DNA of 64,000 nucleotides from an uncultured delta proteobacterium. GTDB taxonomy: Bacteria > Desulfobacterota > Desulfobacteria > Desulfobacterales > JAFDCJ01. The translations under genes were made by a program, and so were the position numbers. A model generated the notes under the pieces. It saw only the letters and a list, made by a program, of their open reading frames with translations. It made no database searches and was not told the origin of the DNA. The stretch is from positions 224,001 through 288,000 of the forward strand of contig CAVYNY010000018.1 in NCBI GenBank assembly GCA_963769935.1. Direction: 5' to 3'. Within the stretch, counting starts at the first letter, position 1. The number at the start of each line of letters is the position of its first letter. Positions 29,248 through 39,209 of this stretch are shown piece by piece.

Positions 29248-30552
29248 ATGCAAGAACAAACTGCCGAACTTGAAAAATCGATCAAATCGTTTCAAGGCCA
29301 AAGCCGGAATTCCAAAACCGCCGAAACACCTTTTGGAAGCTCCCAAAAAGAAATCAATCTGTTGATCTCATGTCTGCCCACCATTCTGATTGGTCTTTCA
29401 AAGGAAAACAAGATTGTGCTCTGGAATTCCAGGGCTGAAAAAGTATTGGGAAAAGTCGAGGCGGAGGTGGTTGGTTTGCCGATGAGTAAGTGCGGCATTG
29501 ATTGGGACTGGGATAAAATTACAAACGGTATTTCGCAAAGCCAAAGCACGAGTGAACCAATCCGGGTGGATGATATTCGTTACCAGAAATCGAATGGTGA
29601 AGAACGATATCTGGGTATGACCATCAACCATTTAAACTGGGATGATGATTGCATTTTGGGATCCACCATCATCGGCGCAGACATCACGGATCGCAAAAAA
29701 CTGGAAACTCATCTGCAGCAGTCACAGAAAATGGAAGCCATCGGACAGCTGGCAGCAGGAATCGCCCATGAAATCAACACGCCGACCCAGTTTGTCGGTG
29801 ACAATACCCGTTTCTTTCAGGATGCCTTTGACGATTTGATCCAGGTAATCAGAGAATACGAAAACCTGATCGCCAAAGCCAAATCGCAGTCTCTGACCGA
29901 AGAGCTTATTGCAGCGGCTGAAAAGCGTATCGAAGAAATCGACCTGCCATATCTTGAAGCGGAAATACCGGTTGCTCTCCAGCATACCCTGAAGGGCGTG
30001 GAGCGCATAACCAAGATCGTACAGGCAATGAAAATCTTTTCTCATCCGGGCATGGCGGTTAAAGAACCGACCGATATTAATAAAGAAATTGAAAAAACAA
30101 TTACCATCACCCGCAATGAGTGGAAATATTTGGCCGAGATGAAAACCGACTTTGATTCAACCCTGCCGCTGGTGCCTTGTTTCCGGGCTGAATTGAATCA
30201 GGTGATTTTGAATATGATCGTCAATGCGGCGCATGCCATTGCCGAGACAGGCAAGGACAACCCCTCGCCCAGAGGCACCATCCGCATCCGCACCTATCAT
30301 AAAGATTCCTGGGCTAAAATTTGCATCAGCGATAGCGGGGCCGGGATTCCGGAAGAAATCCGGCATAAAATATTCGACCTTTTCTTTACCACCAAGGGGC
30401 CCGGCAAGGGATCGGGGCAAGGGTTGTCGATTTCGCATTCCGTTATCGTTGAAAAACATAAAGGGACCCTGGATCTGGAATCCCAGGTGGGGAAGGGAAC
30501 GACTTTTATCATTGGGCTACCCCTGGAGGCAGATCCGGCCGAAGATGAGTGA
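29248..30552 (+). CDS. Cytoplasmic PAS sensor histidine kinase
   Basis: PAS domain, H-box LAAGIAHEINTP, N-box NMIVNAAHA, DSGAGI, FFTTK, GSGQGL; no TM segments. Confidence 0.92.
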   Translation: MQEQTAELEKSIKSFQGQSRNSKTAETPFGSSQKEINLLISCLPTILIGLSKENKIVLWNSRAEKVLGKVEAEVVGLPMSKCGIDWDWDKITNGISQSQSTSEPIRVDDIRYQKSNGEERYLGMTINHLNWDDDCILGSTIIGADITDRKKLETHLQQSQKMEAIGQLAAGIAHEINTPTQFVGDNTRFFQDAFDDLIQVIREYENLIAKAKSQSLTEELIAAAEKRIEEIDLPYLEAEIPVALQHTLKGVERITKIVQAMKIFSHPGMAVKEPTDINKEIEKTITITRNEWKYLAEMKTDFDSTLPLVPCFRAELNQVILNMIVNAAHAIAETGKDNPSPRGTIRIRTYHKDSWAKICISDSGAGIPEEIRHKIFDLFFTTKGPGKGSGQGLSISHSVIVEKHKGTLDLESQVGKGTTFIIGLPLEADPAEDE

Positions 30553-31768
30553 AAAAATGAAAAAAAGGATCCTGTTTGTTGATGATGAGCCGATGATATT
30601 GAACGGCCTGCAGCGAACGCTCCGAAAAATGCGCCACGAATGGGAAATGATGTTTACCTCCAGCGCCCATGAGGCTTTGAAAATACTCGCCGCGAACACG
30701 CTGGACGTCATTATCACCGATTTGAAAATGCCGGAAATGGACGGCACGCAGCTGCTCACCGCAATAAAAAAGCGCCACCCCCATGTGGTTCGCATCATTC
30801 TTTCCGGGCATGTTAAACATGATATGACGCTCCAATCCCTCCAGATCGCCCATCAATGCCTGGCGAAACCCTGCGATGCGGAAATGTTAAAACAGGCCCT
30901 GACAAAGCTTTTTGCCCTTAAGGATATTTTGTCCGATGATTCCATCAAAAAAATTGTCTCTCAAATCGATTCCCTTCCCAGCATACCCTCCATTTATACC
31001 GAAATTGTCGAAGAGATGCAGTCGGAGGACCCTTCAATTAAAAAAATTGGCGAGATCATTGCCCGGGATGCCAGCATGACGGCAAAAATATTGCAGATTG
31101 TAAATTCCGTATTTTTCGGCCTTTCCCGCAAAATCAACAGTACCCAGCAGGCCGTTATGCTGCTCGGATTGGAAACCATTAAATCCCTGGTACTTTCAGT
31201 GAAAATTTTTGCCGAATTCAGCCGGAAGAAATTTTCCTGGTTTAACATTGATGAACTTTTCAACCACAGCATGTCGGTCAGCTGTTATGCCCAGGCTATC
31301 GTCAAAAATGAAAAAATGAGTCGGGATCTCATCAGCTATTCCCTGATGGCCGGCATATTGCATGATTTGGGCAAACTCATACTGGCAACCAATTTCCAAA
31401 AACCCTACCGTCAGGTGCTGAGCGAAGCGCAGAATTCCGGTCACGACTTATGGAATCTGGAATACGAAACATTCGGTACCAGCCACGCTGAAATAGGCGC
31501 TTATTTGATGGGTCTCTGGAATCTGGAAAATCAGATTATCGAAGCCATCGCTTTTCATCACCGCCCGGCGAAAAGCATGGCCCGGAATATGGGATTGTTG
31601 ACGGCGGTGCATATCGGCAATGCCCTGGTTCACAGAGGGCCCGCGACCGAGGATCAGGATCCCGACCTGCAGTTTGATATCGAATACGTGGATAATCTTG
31701 GAATTGCAAATCGAATACCTGAATGGCGTCAGGTTTGCAGAGAGTTATCCGAAAGGGAAGCATCATGA
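30545..31768 (+). CDS. Response regulator with HDOD domain
   Basis: REC (FVDDE, DLKMPEMDG, KP) plus HDOD (ILQIVNSVFFG, AGILHDLGKL, HAEIGAYL, FHH). Confidence 0.9.
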   Translation: MSEKMKKRILFVDDEPMILNGLQRTLRKMRHEWEMMFTSSAHEALKILAANTLDVIITDLKMPEMDGTQLLTAIKKRHPHVVRIILSGHVKHDMTLQSLQIAHQCLAKPCDAEMLKQALTKLFALKDILSDDSIKKIVSQIDSLPSIPSIYTEIVEEMQSEDPSIKKIGEIIARDASMTAKILQIVNSVFFGLSRKINSTQQAVMLLGLETIKSLVLSVKIFAEFSRKKFSWFNIDELFNHSMSVSCYAQAIVKNEKMSRDLISYSLMAGILHDLGKLILATNFQKPYRQVLSEAQNSGHDLWNLEYETFGTSHAEIGAYLMGLWNLENQIIEAIAFHHRPAKSMARNMGLLTAVHIGNALVHRGPATEDQDPDLQFDIEYVDNLGIANRIPEWRQVCRELSEREAS

Positions 31769-32904
31769 GAGACAAAGTTCTGTTGGTAGATGACGATGAA
31801 ATGCTTTTGGCAGGCCTCAAACGTCAGTTGAGAAACCATTTCCTCGTTGAGACCGCCATCAGCGGGGAAGAAGCGATCAGAATGGTCGCGGAAAACGGAC
31901 CGTATGCCGTGGTGGTTTCCGATTACATGATGCCGGGCATGAATGGTATCGATCTCCTCAGACACGTTAAAGCAATCAGCCCGGATACGATCCGGATGAT
32001 GTTGACCGGCTCGGCCGATATGTCCACCGCCATTAAAGCGGTGAACGAAGGCAGTATATATAAATTTCATCCTAAGCCCTGTCCGGCCCAAACCCTGGGC
32101 ACCGCTATTAAAAGCGGAATTGACGAGTATCAAAAAGTGACAACCGACCAGACCCAGCTGAAAAAAGTTCAAAAATCACTGGCCAAGGCCAGCAAGATCC
32201 AGCGAATGCTGATGCCGAAATCCGACCCCCAGGTGGACGGATTCGACATCGCGGGAAAAAGCATCCCCTGCGATGAAACCGGTGGCGATTACTATGATTT
32301 TATTAACCCTGAAGAATGGGGACGGGAAAAAATCGGAATCGTGGTGGCCGACGTCATCGGACACGGTATTTCGGCCGCCCTGTTGATGACATCCGTGCGG
32401 GCATCCTTCCGCGAGCGCATCCTCAGTCCGGGAAAGGGCGTTGCGATTGTTTCCGATGTCAACAAACGTCTGGTGCAGGATATCGAAGAACACAACCTTT
32501 TCATCACCATGTTTTACAGTGAAATCGACCTTGCAGAAAAGTGCTTCCGCTGGGTGCATGCCGGCCATGAGTCGGCGCTTCACTATGATCCCGCAAAAGA
32601 TGCATTTGCCTCCCTTGGCGGCGAAGGTTTGCCTCTGGGAGTAATGAGGGAATGGGTTTACGTGGAATCCAAAATACCAATCCGGCCGGGGCAGATAATT
32701 CTGATTGGAACTGACGGTATCAAAGAGGCCTGCAACCCTGGAAATGAACATTTCGGCAATGAACGGCTGCAGACGGTCATCCGCGATCATTACCGGAAAC
32801 CCGCTAAACGCATTTTGCAGGAAGTGTTTGATACACTGGCAAATTTCCGTCATACAGCGGAAAGAAAAGACGATGAGACATTGGTCGTCATAAAACCTTT
32901 GTAA
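31765..32904 (+). CDS. Response regulator with PP2C/SpoIIE (RsbU-like) phosphatase domain
   Basis: REC (VDDD, DYMMPGMNG) plus GGDYYDF, ADVIGHG, AGH, GTDGI, DDETLVV. Confidence 0.9.
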   Translation: MRDKVLLVDDDEMLLAGLKRQLRNHFLVETAISGEEAIRMVAENGPYAVVVSDYMMPGMNGIDLLRHVKAISPDTIRMMLTGSADMSTAIKAVNEGSIYKFHPKPCPAQTLGTAIKSGIDEYQKVTTDQTQLKKVQKSLAKASKIQRMLMPKSDPQVDGFDIAGKSIPCDETGGDYYDFINPEEWGREKIGIVVADVIGHGISAALLMTSVRASFRERILSPGKGVAIVSDVNKRLVQDIEEHNLFITMFYSEIDLAEKCFRWVHAGHESALHYDPAKDAFASLGGEGLPLGVMREWVYVESKIPIRPGQIILIGTDGIKEACNPGNEHFGNERLQTVIRDHYRKPAKRILQEVFDTLANFRHTAERKDDETLVVIKPL

Positions 32905-32917
32905 CTCCATTCATAGG

Positions 32918-32936
32918 CCACCGGCTCTGCTGGTGG
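32918..32936. repeat. Short palindrome resembling an IS200/IS605 end or REP hairpin
   Basis: CCACCGGC-TCT-GCTGGTGG; no transposase nearby. Confidence 0.35.
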
Positions 32937-33127
32937 TCGCTGCTTCGGGCCGGAAAATAAGTCGTATTGACAAAAAAGTTCCCCTTCGTTAAATTTGCTC
33001 TGAAAAAGCAGCGTCATATTAAAACTCTGCAAACTTGGTCTTTTAGGCCGGATCAGCCCTGCACGCGGAATTGCCTTAGTCGAATTCCATTGGTTATTTA
33101 AATGTTTAATTTTTGTGAGCGCCTGCC

Positions 33128-34921
33128 ATGAGCAACGAACCTTCTGCCGACCCGGCTTCGATAAACTTCGAGGATGTGTGTGATTTGGCCGCCATCGTCG
33201 AGTCCGCCCACAACGGGATTGTCCTGGTGGATCGCTCCGGTAAAATTCTGGTATTTAACCGCGCGGCCCTGGGCATGGTGAGCAAACGCAGCCAAAATGT
33301 TCTCGGCCGCAATATTCAAGAGGTATTTCCGGCAGTCTGGCCGGACATGCAGCAGATTGTGGCAACCGGTTCGCCCCAGCTGGCGCGCCAGGTGACCATC
33401 AACGGCCATGACATCATTGCCAACCGCACGCCGATCTGGCGCGCCGGTGAGGTGTCCGGAGTTCTGAGCATTTTTCAGGATATTTCCGAGTACGAAAAGG
33501 TCCTGGCCGAGCTGGAGTCCTACAAACAGCTGAACGAAGAATTGGACGTCATCATCAATTCTTCTTACGACGGCCTGTGGATCTGCGACCACGAAGGCCG
33601 GGTGATGCGGGTCAACCACGCCTCGGAAAAAATGAGCGGGGTCAAAGAAGAAGAGGTCATCGGCCGCCGCATGGAAGAGCTGGTGGACGAAGGGCTCTTT
33701 GACAAATCCGCGACCCTGGAAGTTCTTAAAACCCGGACCGCCGTCACCCTGATTCAGCGGCTGAAAGACGGCCGCCACATCCTGGTGACCGGCAACCCGG
33801 TGATGGACCAACGCGACAACATCCGGCTGGTGGTGGTCAACGCCCGCGACATTTCCGAACTCAACCGGCTGCACGCCGAGCTTGAGGAAAGCAGGGCTCT
33901 GAAGGAGAAATATCACTCGGAGCTGAATCACCTGAATCGCTCCCAAAAAATAAACTCAAAGATCATGATCCGCAGCGCTTCCATGCAGCGGGTCTTTGAT
34001 ACCGCCATGCGCATCGCCCGGGTGGATTCCAGTGTCCTGATAACCGGCGAGTCCGGCGTGGGCAAAGGACTGATTGCCCGGCTGATTCACGAAGCCTCCG
34101 GCCGCGCCGAAGGATCGCTGATTCACATCAACTGCGGTACTATCCCGGAAAACCTGATCGAAGCCGAACTGTTCGGTTACGAGAAGGGCGCCTTTACCGG
34201 CGCCCAGCAGCAGGGCAAGGCCGGGTATTTTGAAATGGCCGAAGGCGGCACCCTTTTCCTGGACGAAATCGGCGAGCTCCCCCTGGCCTTGCAGGTAAAG
34301 TTGCTGCATTTTCTGGAAACCAACGAAGTGGTGCGGGTCGGCTCCACCCGCTCCCGCAGAATCAATGCCCGCATTCTGACCGCGACCAACCGCAACCTGG
34401 AGCGCATGGTGGCCGAGGGGGGCTTCCGCAAGGATCTGTTTTTCCGCTTGAAGGTAGTCCCGCTGGCCATTCCGCCCCTGCGGCAACGCCTGGAGGATAT
34501 TCCGCCCCTGATTCATTTTTTCCTGGAAAAATTCAACCGCAAGTGTGATTTTCAAAAAACCATGTCCGCGCCCGCGGTGGACTGCCTGCGCCACTATCCC
34601 TATCCGGGTAATGTCCGCGAGCTGGCCAATTTAATCGAACAGCTGGTGGTGCTGACGCCGGGCGACCGGATCGACTTCGACGATTTGCCCGGCGCCGTGC
34701 AGCGCAGCGGCCAGGAGCCTTACCGGCTGGTTCCGGCCGGCCCGGACAATTTGAGACAGATTGTGCAGGATGTCGAACGTCAGGCTATCGTCAACGTCCT
34801 CAAAGCCCGCGGCTCGCTGCGCAGCGCCGCCAGGCAGCTGGGAATCGATCACGCCACCCTGTCACGCAAAATCAAACGCTACGGCATCACGGATGGCGCC
34901 GTACCGCACCGCGGTGAATAA
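33128..34921 (+). CDS. Sigma-54-dependent transcriptional activator (PAS-PAS-AAA+-HTH)
   Basis: GESGVGK, GAFTGA, LFLDEIGE, FRKDLFFRL, PGNVREL, C-terminal HTH. Confidence 0.93.
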   Translation: MSNEPSADPASINFEDVCDLAAIVESAHNGIVLVDRSGKILVFNRAALGMVSKRSQNVLGRNIQEVFPAVWPDMQQIVATGSPQLARQVTINGHDIIANRTPIWRAGEVSGVLSIFQDISEYEKVLAELESYKQLNEELDVIINSSYDGLWICDHEGRVMRVNHASEKMSGVKEEEVIGRRMEELVDEGLFDKSATLEVLKTRTAVTLIQRLKDGRHILVTGNPVMDQRDNIRLVVVNARDISELNRLHAELEESRALKEKYHSELNHLNRSQKINSKIMIRSASMQRVFDTAMRIARVDSSVLITGESGVGKGLIARLIHEASGRAEGSLIHINCGTIPENLIEAELFGYEKGAFTGAQQQGKAGYFEMAEGGTLFLDEIGELPLALQVKLLHFLETNEVVRVGSTRSRRINARILTATNRNLERMVAEGGFRKDLFFRLKVVPLAIPPLRQRLEDIPPLIHFFLEKFNRKCDFQKTMSAPAVDCLRHYPYPGNVRELANLIEQLVVLTPGDRIDFDDLPGAVQRSGQEPYRLVPAGPDNLRQIVQDVERQAIVNVLKARGSLRSAARQLGIDHATLSRKIKRYGITDGAVPHRGE

Positions 34922-35063
34922 TCGCACCACTCCTGTTTTGTAACGCCACCTCGGTAAAATCCCGCCGACCGGCCGGCCGGTGACCCGCCCGTGGTTACCT
35001 TCTGCACCACTCGCCGGCACCGCCCGCCATCGGAATTCCCCTAAATCAGCTGATTGCATGGCG

Positions 35064-35079
35064 TGGCACAAATGTTGCT
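35064..35079 (+). promoter_or_regulatory. Sigma-54 (-24/-12) promoter
   Basis: TGGCAC-AAATG-TTGCT matches the consensus, downstream of the bEBP gene and upstream of the operon. Confidence 0.85.
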
Positions 35080-35147
35080 GAACCTTATTCTGGTACAGAT
35101 GATAAAAATATGAATTAAAACCGCAAAACTTTTTCAGAAAACCAGCC

Positions 35148-35471
35148 ATGAGTGATTTTGACAAGCTGGCCATGTCCATCACACCGGACAACCGCAGGGC
35201 CATGATCCTGTTCGAAGAAGCCTCCCGGGCGGCAAACAAGGAGCAGGCCCTGGATCTGGTACGCCAGGTGGTGGACGGTCAGTTTCGCTTTGAAATTTTA
35301 CGGGATGAATATCCGGCCGTGGTACTTATCCGTCTGGACCGGGAACACGTGCGGGAAGCGGTTTTGAAGCTGAGCGCCAAGGGGTATACCAAGCTCAAGG
35401 CCGTCGAACCGCCGAGGAGCGGTACCGGAACAAAGAGCAATCAAAAAGCTGATTTAAATGGAAACCGATAA
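35148..35471 (+). CDS. Small hypothetical protein, first gene of the sigma-54 operon
   Basis: 107 aa ORF directly after the promoter, overlapping the next start codon. Confidence 0.6.
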   Translation: MSDFDKLAMSITPDNRRAMILFEEASRAANKEQALDLVRQVVDGQFRFEILRDEYPAVVLIRLDREHVREAVLKLSAKGYTKLKAVEPPRSGTGTKSNQKADLNGNR

Positions 35472-36798
35472 AAAGCAATACCTGTTCTATCAGACCCGCA
35501 AGCAGTTGCCCTTTATTGCCAAGTCCCGCGGAGTTTATATGTGGGACCAGGCCGGCCGCGAGTACATCGACGCCTGCTCGGGTGCCGTGGTGAGCAACAT
35601 CGGCCACGGCCATCCCCGCGTCCTGCAGGCCGTCCAGCGCCAGGCTCAAAAGACCTTTTTTGCCTACCGTACCCAGTTTGAAAACGAACCCGCGGTGGAG
35701 CTTGCCGCTCGCATCGTCAGCCGTTCGGCGCCGCACCTGGACCGCATTTTTTACGTCGGCAGCGGTTCGGAGGCGGTGGAAACGGCCATGAAACTCTGCC
35801 GCCAGTACTACTTCGCACAGGGCGAAGGCTCTCGCTACCTTTTTATCAGTCGCGAGCCGTCCTACCACGGCTGCACCCTCGGCGCGCTGGCCCTGTCATC
35901 CTATGCACCCCTGGAAGCCCCGTTTCGCCCTCTGATGCAGACCTATCCCAAAATTCCGGCCCCCTCCTGCTATCGCTGCGCCCTGACCCTGACTTACCCG
36001 GCGTGTGGTGTTCAGTGCGCCCGGATGCTGGAAGATGTCATCCGGCGCCAGGGGCCTGAAAATGTTGCGGCCTTCGTGGCGGAGCCGGTGGGAGGCGCCA
36101 CCACGGGCGCGCTGGTTCCTCCGGAGGAATACTTCGGCATCGTGCAGGCAATCTGCCGCCGATACGGTGTCATGCTGATCCTGGACGAGGTCATGACCGG
36201 CTTCGGGCGCACCGGCAAAATGTTTGCCTATGAGCACTGGGGGGTGGAAGCCGATATCGTGGCCATGGCCAAGGGTATGGCCGCCGGCTACTACCCTTTG
36301 GGGGCGGTGATCACCCGTAAAAAGATTGTCGAGGAAGTGGTCGGCAAGGGCGGATTTATGCACGGGTTCACCTATGCCGGCAATCCCATGGCCTGCGCCG
36401 TGGGGTTGGAAGTATTCGACATTGTCGTTGAAAACGATTTGCCGGGCAATGCCGCCGCTGTCGGCGCTCATCTGAAAACAGGGCTGGAGCAACTGGCCGA
36501 ACGGCATCCGATCATCGGCCAGGTGCGGGGCCGGGGTCTGCTGCTGGCCATCGAACTGGTCCAAAACCCGGCAACCCGGGAGCCGTTTGCAGCCGACCGC
36601 CAGGTCGGTCTGCAACTCACCGATACGGCTTTTGCCGCAGGGCTGATCATCTATCCCCGGCGGCCGATTCACGGACTGGCCGGCGACCACGTCCTGATTG
36701 CGCCGCCGCTGACCGTGACGGTCGCCGAATCCGATGAAATTTTAAACCGCTTGGAGCAGGCCCTGGAGCAGGTGGAAGCGACGGCAGGCAAGGCCTGA
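35458..36798 (+). CDS. Class III PLP aminotransferase
   Basis: YIDACSG, SGSEAVETAMK, SYHG, AEPVGG, DEVMTGFGRTG, AKG, HGFTY. Confidence 0.92.
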   Translation: METDKKQYLFYQTRKQLPFIAKSRGVYMWDQAGREYIDACSGAVVSNIGHGHPRVLQAVQRQAQKTFFAYRTQFENEPAVELAARIVSRSAPHLDRIFYVGSGSEAVETAMKLCRQYYFAQGEGSRYLFISREPSYHGCTLGALALSSYAPLEAPFRPLMQTYPKIPAPSCYRCALTLTYPACGVQCARMLEDVIRRQGPENVAAFVAEPVGGATTGALVPPEEYFGIVQAICRRYGVMLILDEVMTGFGRTGKMFAYEHWGVEADIVAMAKGMAAGYYPLGAVITRKKIVEEVVGKGGFMHGFTYAGNPMACAVGLEVFDIVVENDLPGNAAAVGAHLKTGLEQLAERHPIIGQVRGRGLLLAIELVQNPATREPFAADRQVGLQLTDTAFAAGLIIYPRRPIHGLAGDHVLIAPPLTVTVAESDEILNRLEQALEQVEATAGKA

Positions 36799-36919
36799 AA
36801 TTGAGGAATTGCCTATCTCGAACATTTTTTGGTCCGCTGTTAGGATGAAAGTACCCGGAAAGTAAATTTATTTATCCCAACCAACAATCTTAATTTATTC
36901 GTCCTTGAAAGGAGGAGCC

Positions 36920-37699
36920 ATGTATCGAAAATCATTGTTTTGCATCAGCGTTGTGCTGATTGCCGTCTTGAGTTTGGCACCCATCGCCGGGGCCGACGAG
37001 CTGGACCGGATCAAAGCGGACGGTGAAATGAAAATCGCCATGAGCGGCGCCTACCCGCCCTTTAATTTTATCAACGAAAAAAACGAAGTCGTGGGCTTTG
37101 ACGCCGCCATCGGACGCGAAATCGCCACCCGCCTGGGCGTAAAACCGGTCATCGTCACGACGGCCTGGGACGGCATCCTGGCAGGGCTGCTGGCCAAAAA
37201 GTATGACGCCATTTGCGGCAGCATGACCATCACGGCCAAACGGCAGGAAGTCGTGGATTTTGTGGGTCCTTACTATCGCAGCGGCCGCGGCATTTTCATC
37301 CGCAAGGATGAAAACTTCAAGTCCCTGGGCGACCTCAAGGGACATACCATCGGCGTAACCCTGGGTGAAACCCACGAGCAATGGGCCCGCACCCAGCCAG
37401 GCTGGAAGATTCAAACCTACAAAGGCCTGCCGGAACTGATGCTGGAGCTGGAAAACGGGCGCCTCGATGCCATCGTCATCGACTCCATCCCGGGATTGCT
37501 GGCCATCAAGAAATCCGACGCGCCCATCAAGAAGATGGATCTGCCGGAAATCGAAGGCGGGGATGTCAACATCGGCATCGCCATCCGTAAGAACAATCCC
37601 GAGCTCAAGGCCGCCATGCAAAAAGCCCTGGATGACATGATGGCCGACGGGACTTACAACAAAATCGCTATGGAATGGATTGGCTACGATATTCGATAG
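36920..37699 (+). CDS. Polar amino acid ABC transporter substrate-binding protein (family 3)
   Basis: Signal peptide; SGAYPPFNF, WDGILAGL, SMTITAKR; GGAGG RBS. Confidence 0.9.
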   Translation: MYRKSLFCISVVLIAVLSLAPIAGADELDRIKADGEMKIAMSGAYPPFNFINEKNEVVGFDAAIGREIATRLGVKPVIVTTAWDGILAGLLAKKYDAICGSMTITAKRQEVVDFVGPYYRSGRGIFIRKDENFKSLGDLKGHTIGVTLGETHEQWARTQPGWKIQTYKGLPELMLELENGRLDAIVIDSIPGLLAIKKSDAPIKKMDLPEIEGGDVNIGIAIRKNNPELKAAMQKALDDMMADGTYNKIAMEWIGYDIR

Positions 37700-37716
37700 T
37701 TCGGGGTACCGTTATC

Positions 37717-38505
37717 ATGAAAACCGTTTACGGAAAATATACCTGGCCTGAGATCAAGGCTGTCGACAAAGACCGGGTCGTACTGCTGCCGGTGGGGGCC
37801 ATGGAGGACCATGGGCCCCATCTGCCGCTGGACACCGACAATCTGATCATCACCCGGATTGTGGAGGGCGTGGCCGCTGAGATTCCCGCTGAGGTGCTGC
37901 TGTTGCCCACCATCCCCTTCGGGTTCAACGAACACCACAAGGACTTTCCGGGGGTCATCTACATCCAGCCTGAAACCCTGATGAATTTTGTAGCCGACGT
38001 GGCCGGGTCCCTGGCGCATCACGGATTCCGCCGCATCCTGATCCTAAACGGACACGGCTCCAACCATCCGGTGCTGGACCTGGCCGCCCGCAAGACTGTC
38101 ATTGCAACCGAATGCCTGTGCGTGTCGGCCTCCTACTGGAACCTTATGTCCGATACCCTCAAGGCCGAGCGGCGCTCGCGCACCGGCGGCATGGCCCACG
38201 CCGGCGAACTGGAGACTTCCATCTACCTGTACTTCGACCCGCAGCATGTGCAGCTGGACAAAGCCCGGCAGGCCATCGCCCACAATGAAGATACCCGCTA
38301 CCTGAACCTCGACCTGGCGGGCGGCGCCCGGGCCATGGTCATGCAGTGGTGGTCGGCCCAGACCGAGGACGGCACCATGGGGGATCCGACAGCGGCCGAT
38401 GCCGAGCGCGGCAAACTCTTTTTTGAAGCCGCCGTGCGGGAGACCGTGGGACTTATTCGCGAAATTCGGCGAATTTCACTGAATCCGCGTCGGGATCATC
38501 ATTGA
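37717..38505 (+). CDS. Creatininase (cyclic amide hydrolase) family protein
   Basis: EDHGPHLPLDTD, NGHGSN, HAGELETS, GTMGDP. Confidence 0.9.
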   Translation: MKTVYGKYTWPEIKAVDKDRVVLLPVGAMEDHGPHLPLDTDNLIITRIVEGVAAEIPAEVLLLPTIPFGFNEHHKDFPGVIYIQPETLMNFVADVAGSLAHHGFRRILILNGHGSNHPVLDLAARKTVIATECLCVSASYWNLMSDTLKAERRSRTGGMAHAGELETSIYLYFDPQHVQLDKARQAIAHNEDTRYLNLDLAGGARAMVMQWWSAQTEDGTMGDPTAADAERGKLFFEAAVRETVGLIREIRRISLNPRRDHH

Positions 38506-38515
38506 AAGGGCCGCT

Positions 38516-39166
38516 GTGGACTACGATTTGATGGCACGGGTCGCATTTTACTTTGCCAAGGCCGCCTGGGTAACGGTGGAGGTGTCGTTTCTGTCCGTCT
38601 GTTTAGGGCTGGGCCTGGGATTGGCAGCCGCCCTCTGCAAGCTGTCGCCCAATCGCTGGCTGCAGATTCCCGCCCGGATCTATGTCAGCGTGTTCCGGGG
38701 TACACCGTGTCTGATCCAGCTGTTCGTGATCTACTTCGGCGGTCCCCAGATCGGACTGCAGCTGGAGCCGTTTGCAGCGGGCGTGCTGGGGTTGGGCCTC
38801 AACATCGGCGCCTATATGACCGAATCGATCCGGGGCGCGATCCTGGCCGTCGATCGCGGACAAACCGAGGCCTCCCGCTCCCTGGGACTGAGCAAGGGCC
38901 AGACCATCCGCAAGGTCATCCTGCCTCAGGCGGCCTGTCTGATGATCCGGCCCCTGGGGGTGAACACCATCGCCCTGATCAAAGGGTCCTCCCTGGTCTC
39001 GGCCATCTCGGTGCTGGAACTGACCTACACGGCCCACCGCTACATCAGCTCCACCTACCGGCCTTTTGAGATGTTCACGCTGTCGGCGATGTTTTACCTG
39101 CTGATAATAACCGTCGCCTCATTCTTGATCCAAACGCTGGACCGACGGTTTGTTCTGCAGCAGTGA
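38516..39166 (+). CDS. Amino acid ABC transporter permease
   Basis: FRGTP, GQTEASRSLG, ILPQA. Confidence 0.9.
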   Translation: MDYDLMARVAFYFAKAAWVTVEVSFLSVCLGLGLGLAAALCKLSPNRWLQIPARIYVSVFRGTPCLIQLFVIYFGGPQIGLQLEPFAAGVLGLGLNIGAYMTESIRGAILAVDRGQTEASRSLGLSKGQTIRKVILPQAACLMIRPLGVNTIALIKGSSLVSAISVLELTYTAHRYISSTYRPFEMFTLSAMFYLLIITVASFLIQTLDRRFVLQQ

Positions 39167-39209
39167 GGGCCGGCATACAACGTTTGCGCGGAGGGGTTAA
39201 AATAACACG

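Noticed and set aside
30224..30544. N-terminal extension of the REC-HDOD ORF
   Set aside because: It overlaps the kinase gene in another frame; the REC domain begins at ATG 30545/30557
32905..33127. IS200/IS605 element
   Set aside because: Only a 19-bp end-like palindrome is present, with no tnpA or tnpB coding remnant seen
37717..38505. Mycofactocin (MftE) or other RiPP system
   Set aside because: No precursor peptide, radical SAM or mft genes nearby; the context is transport and catabolism
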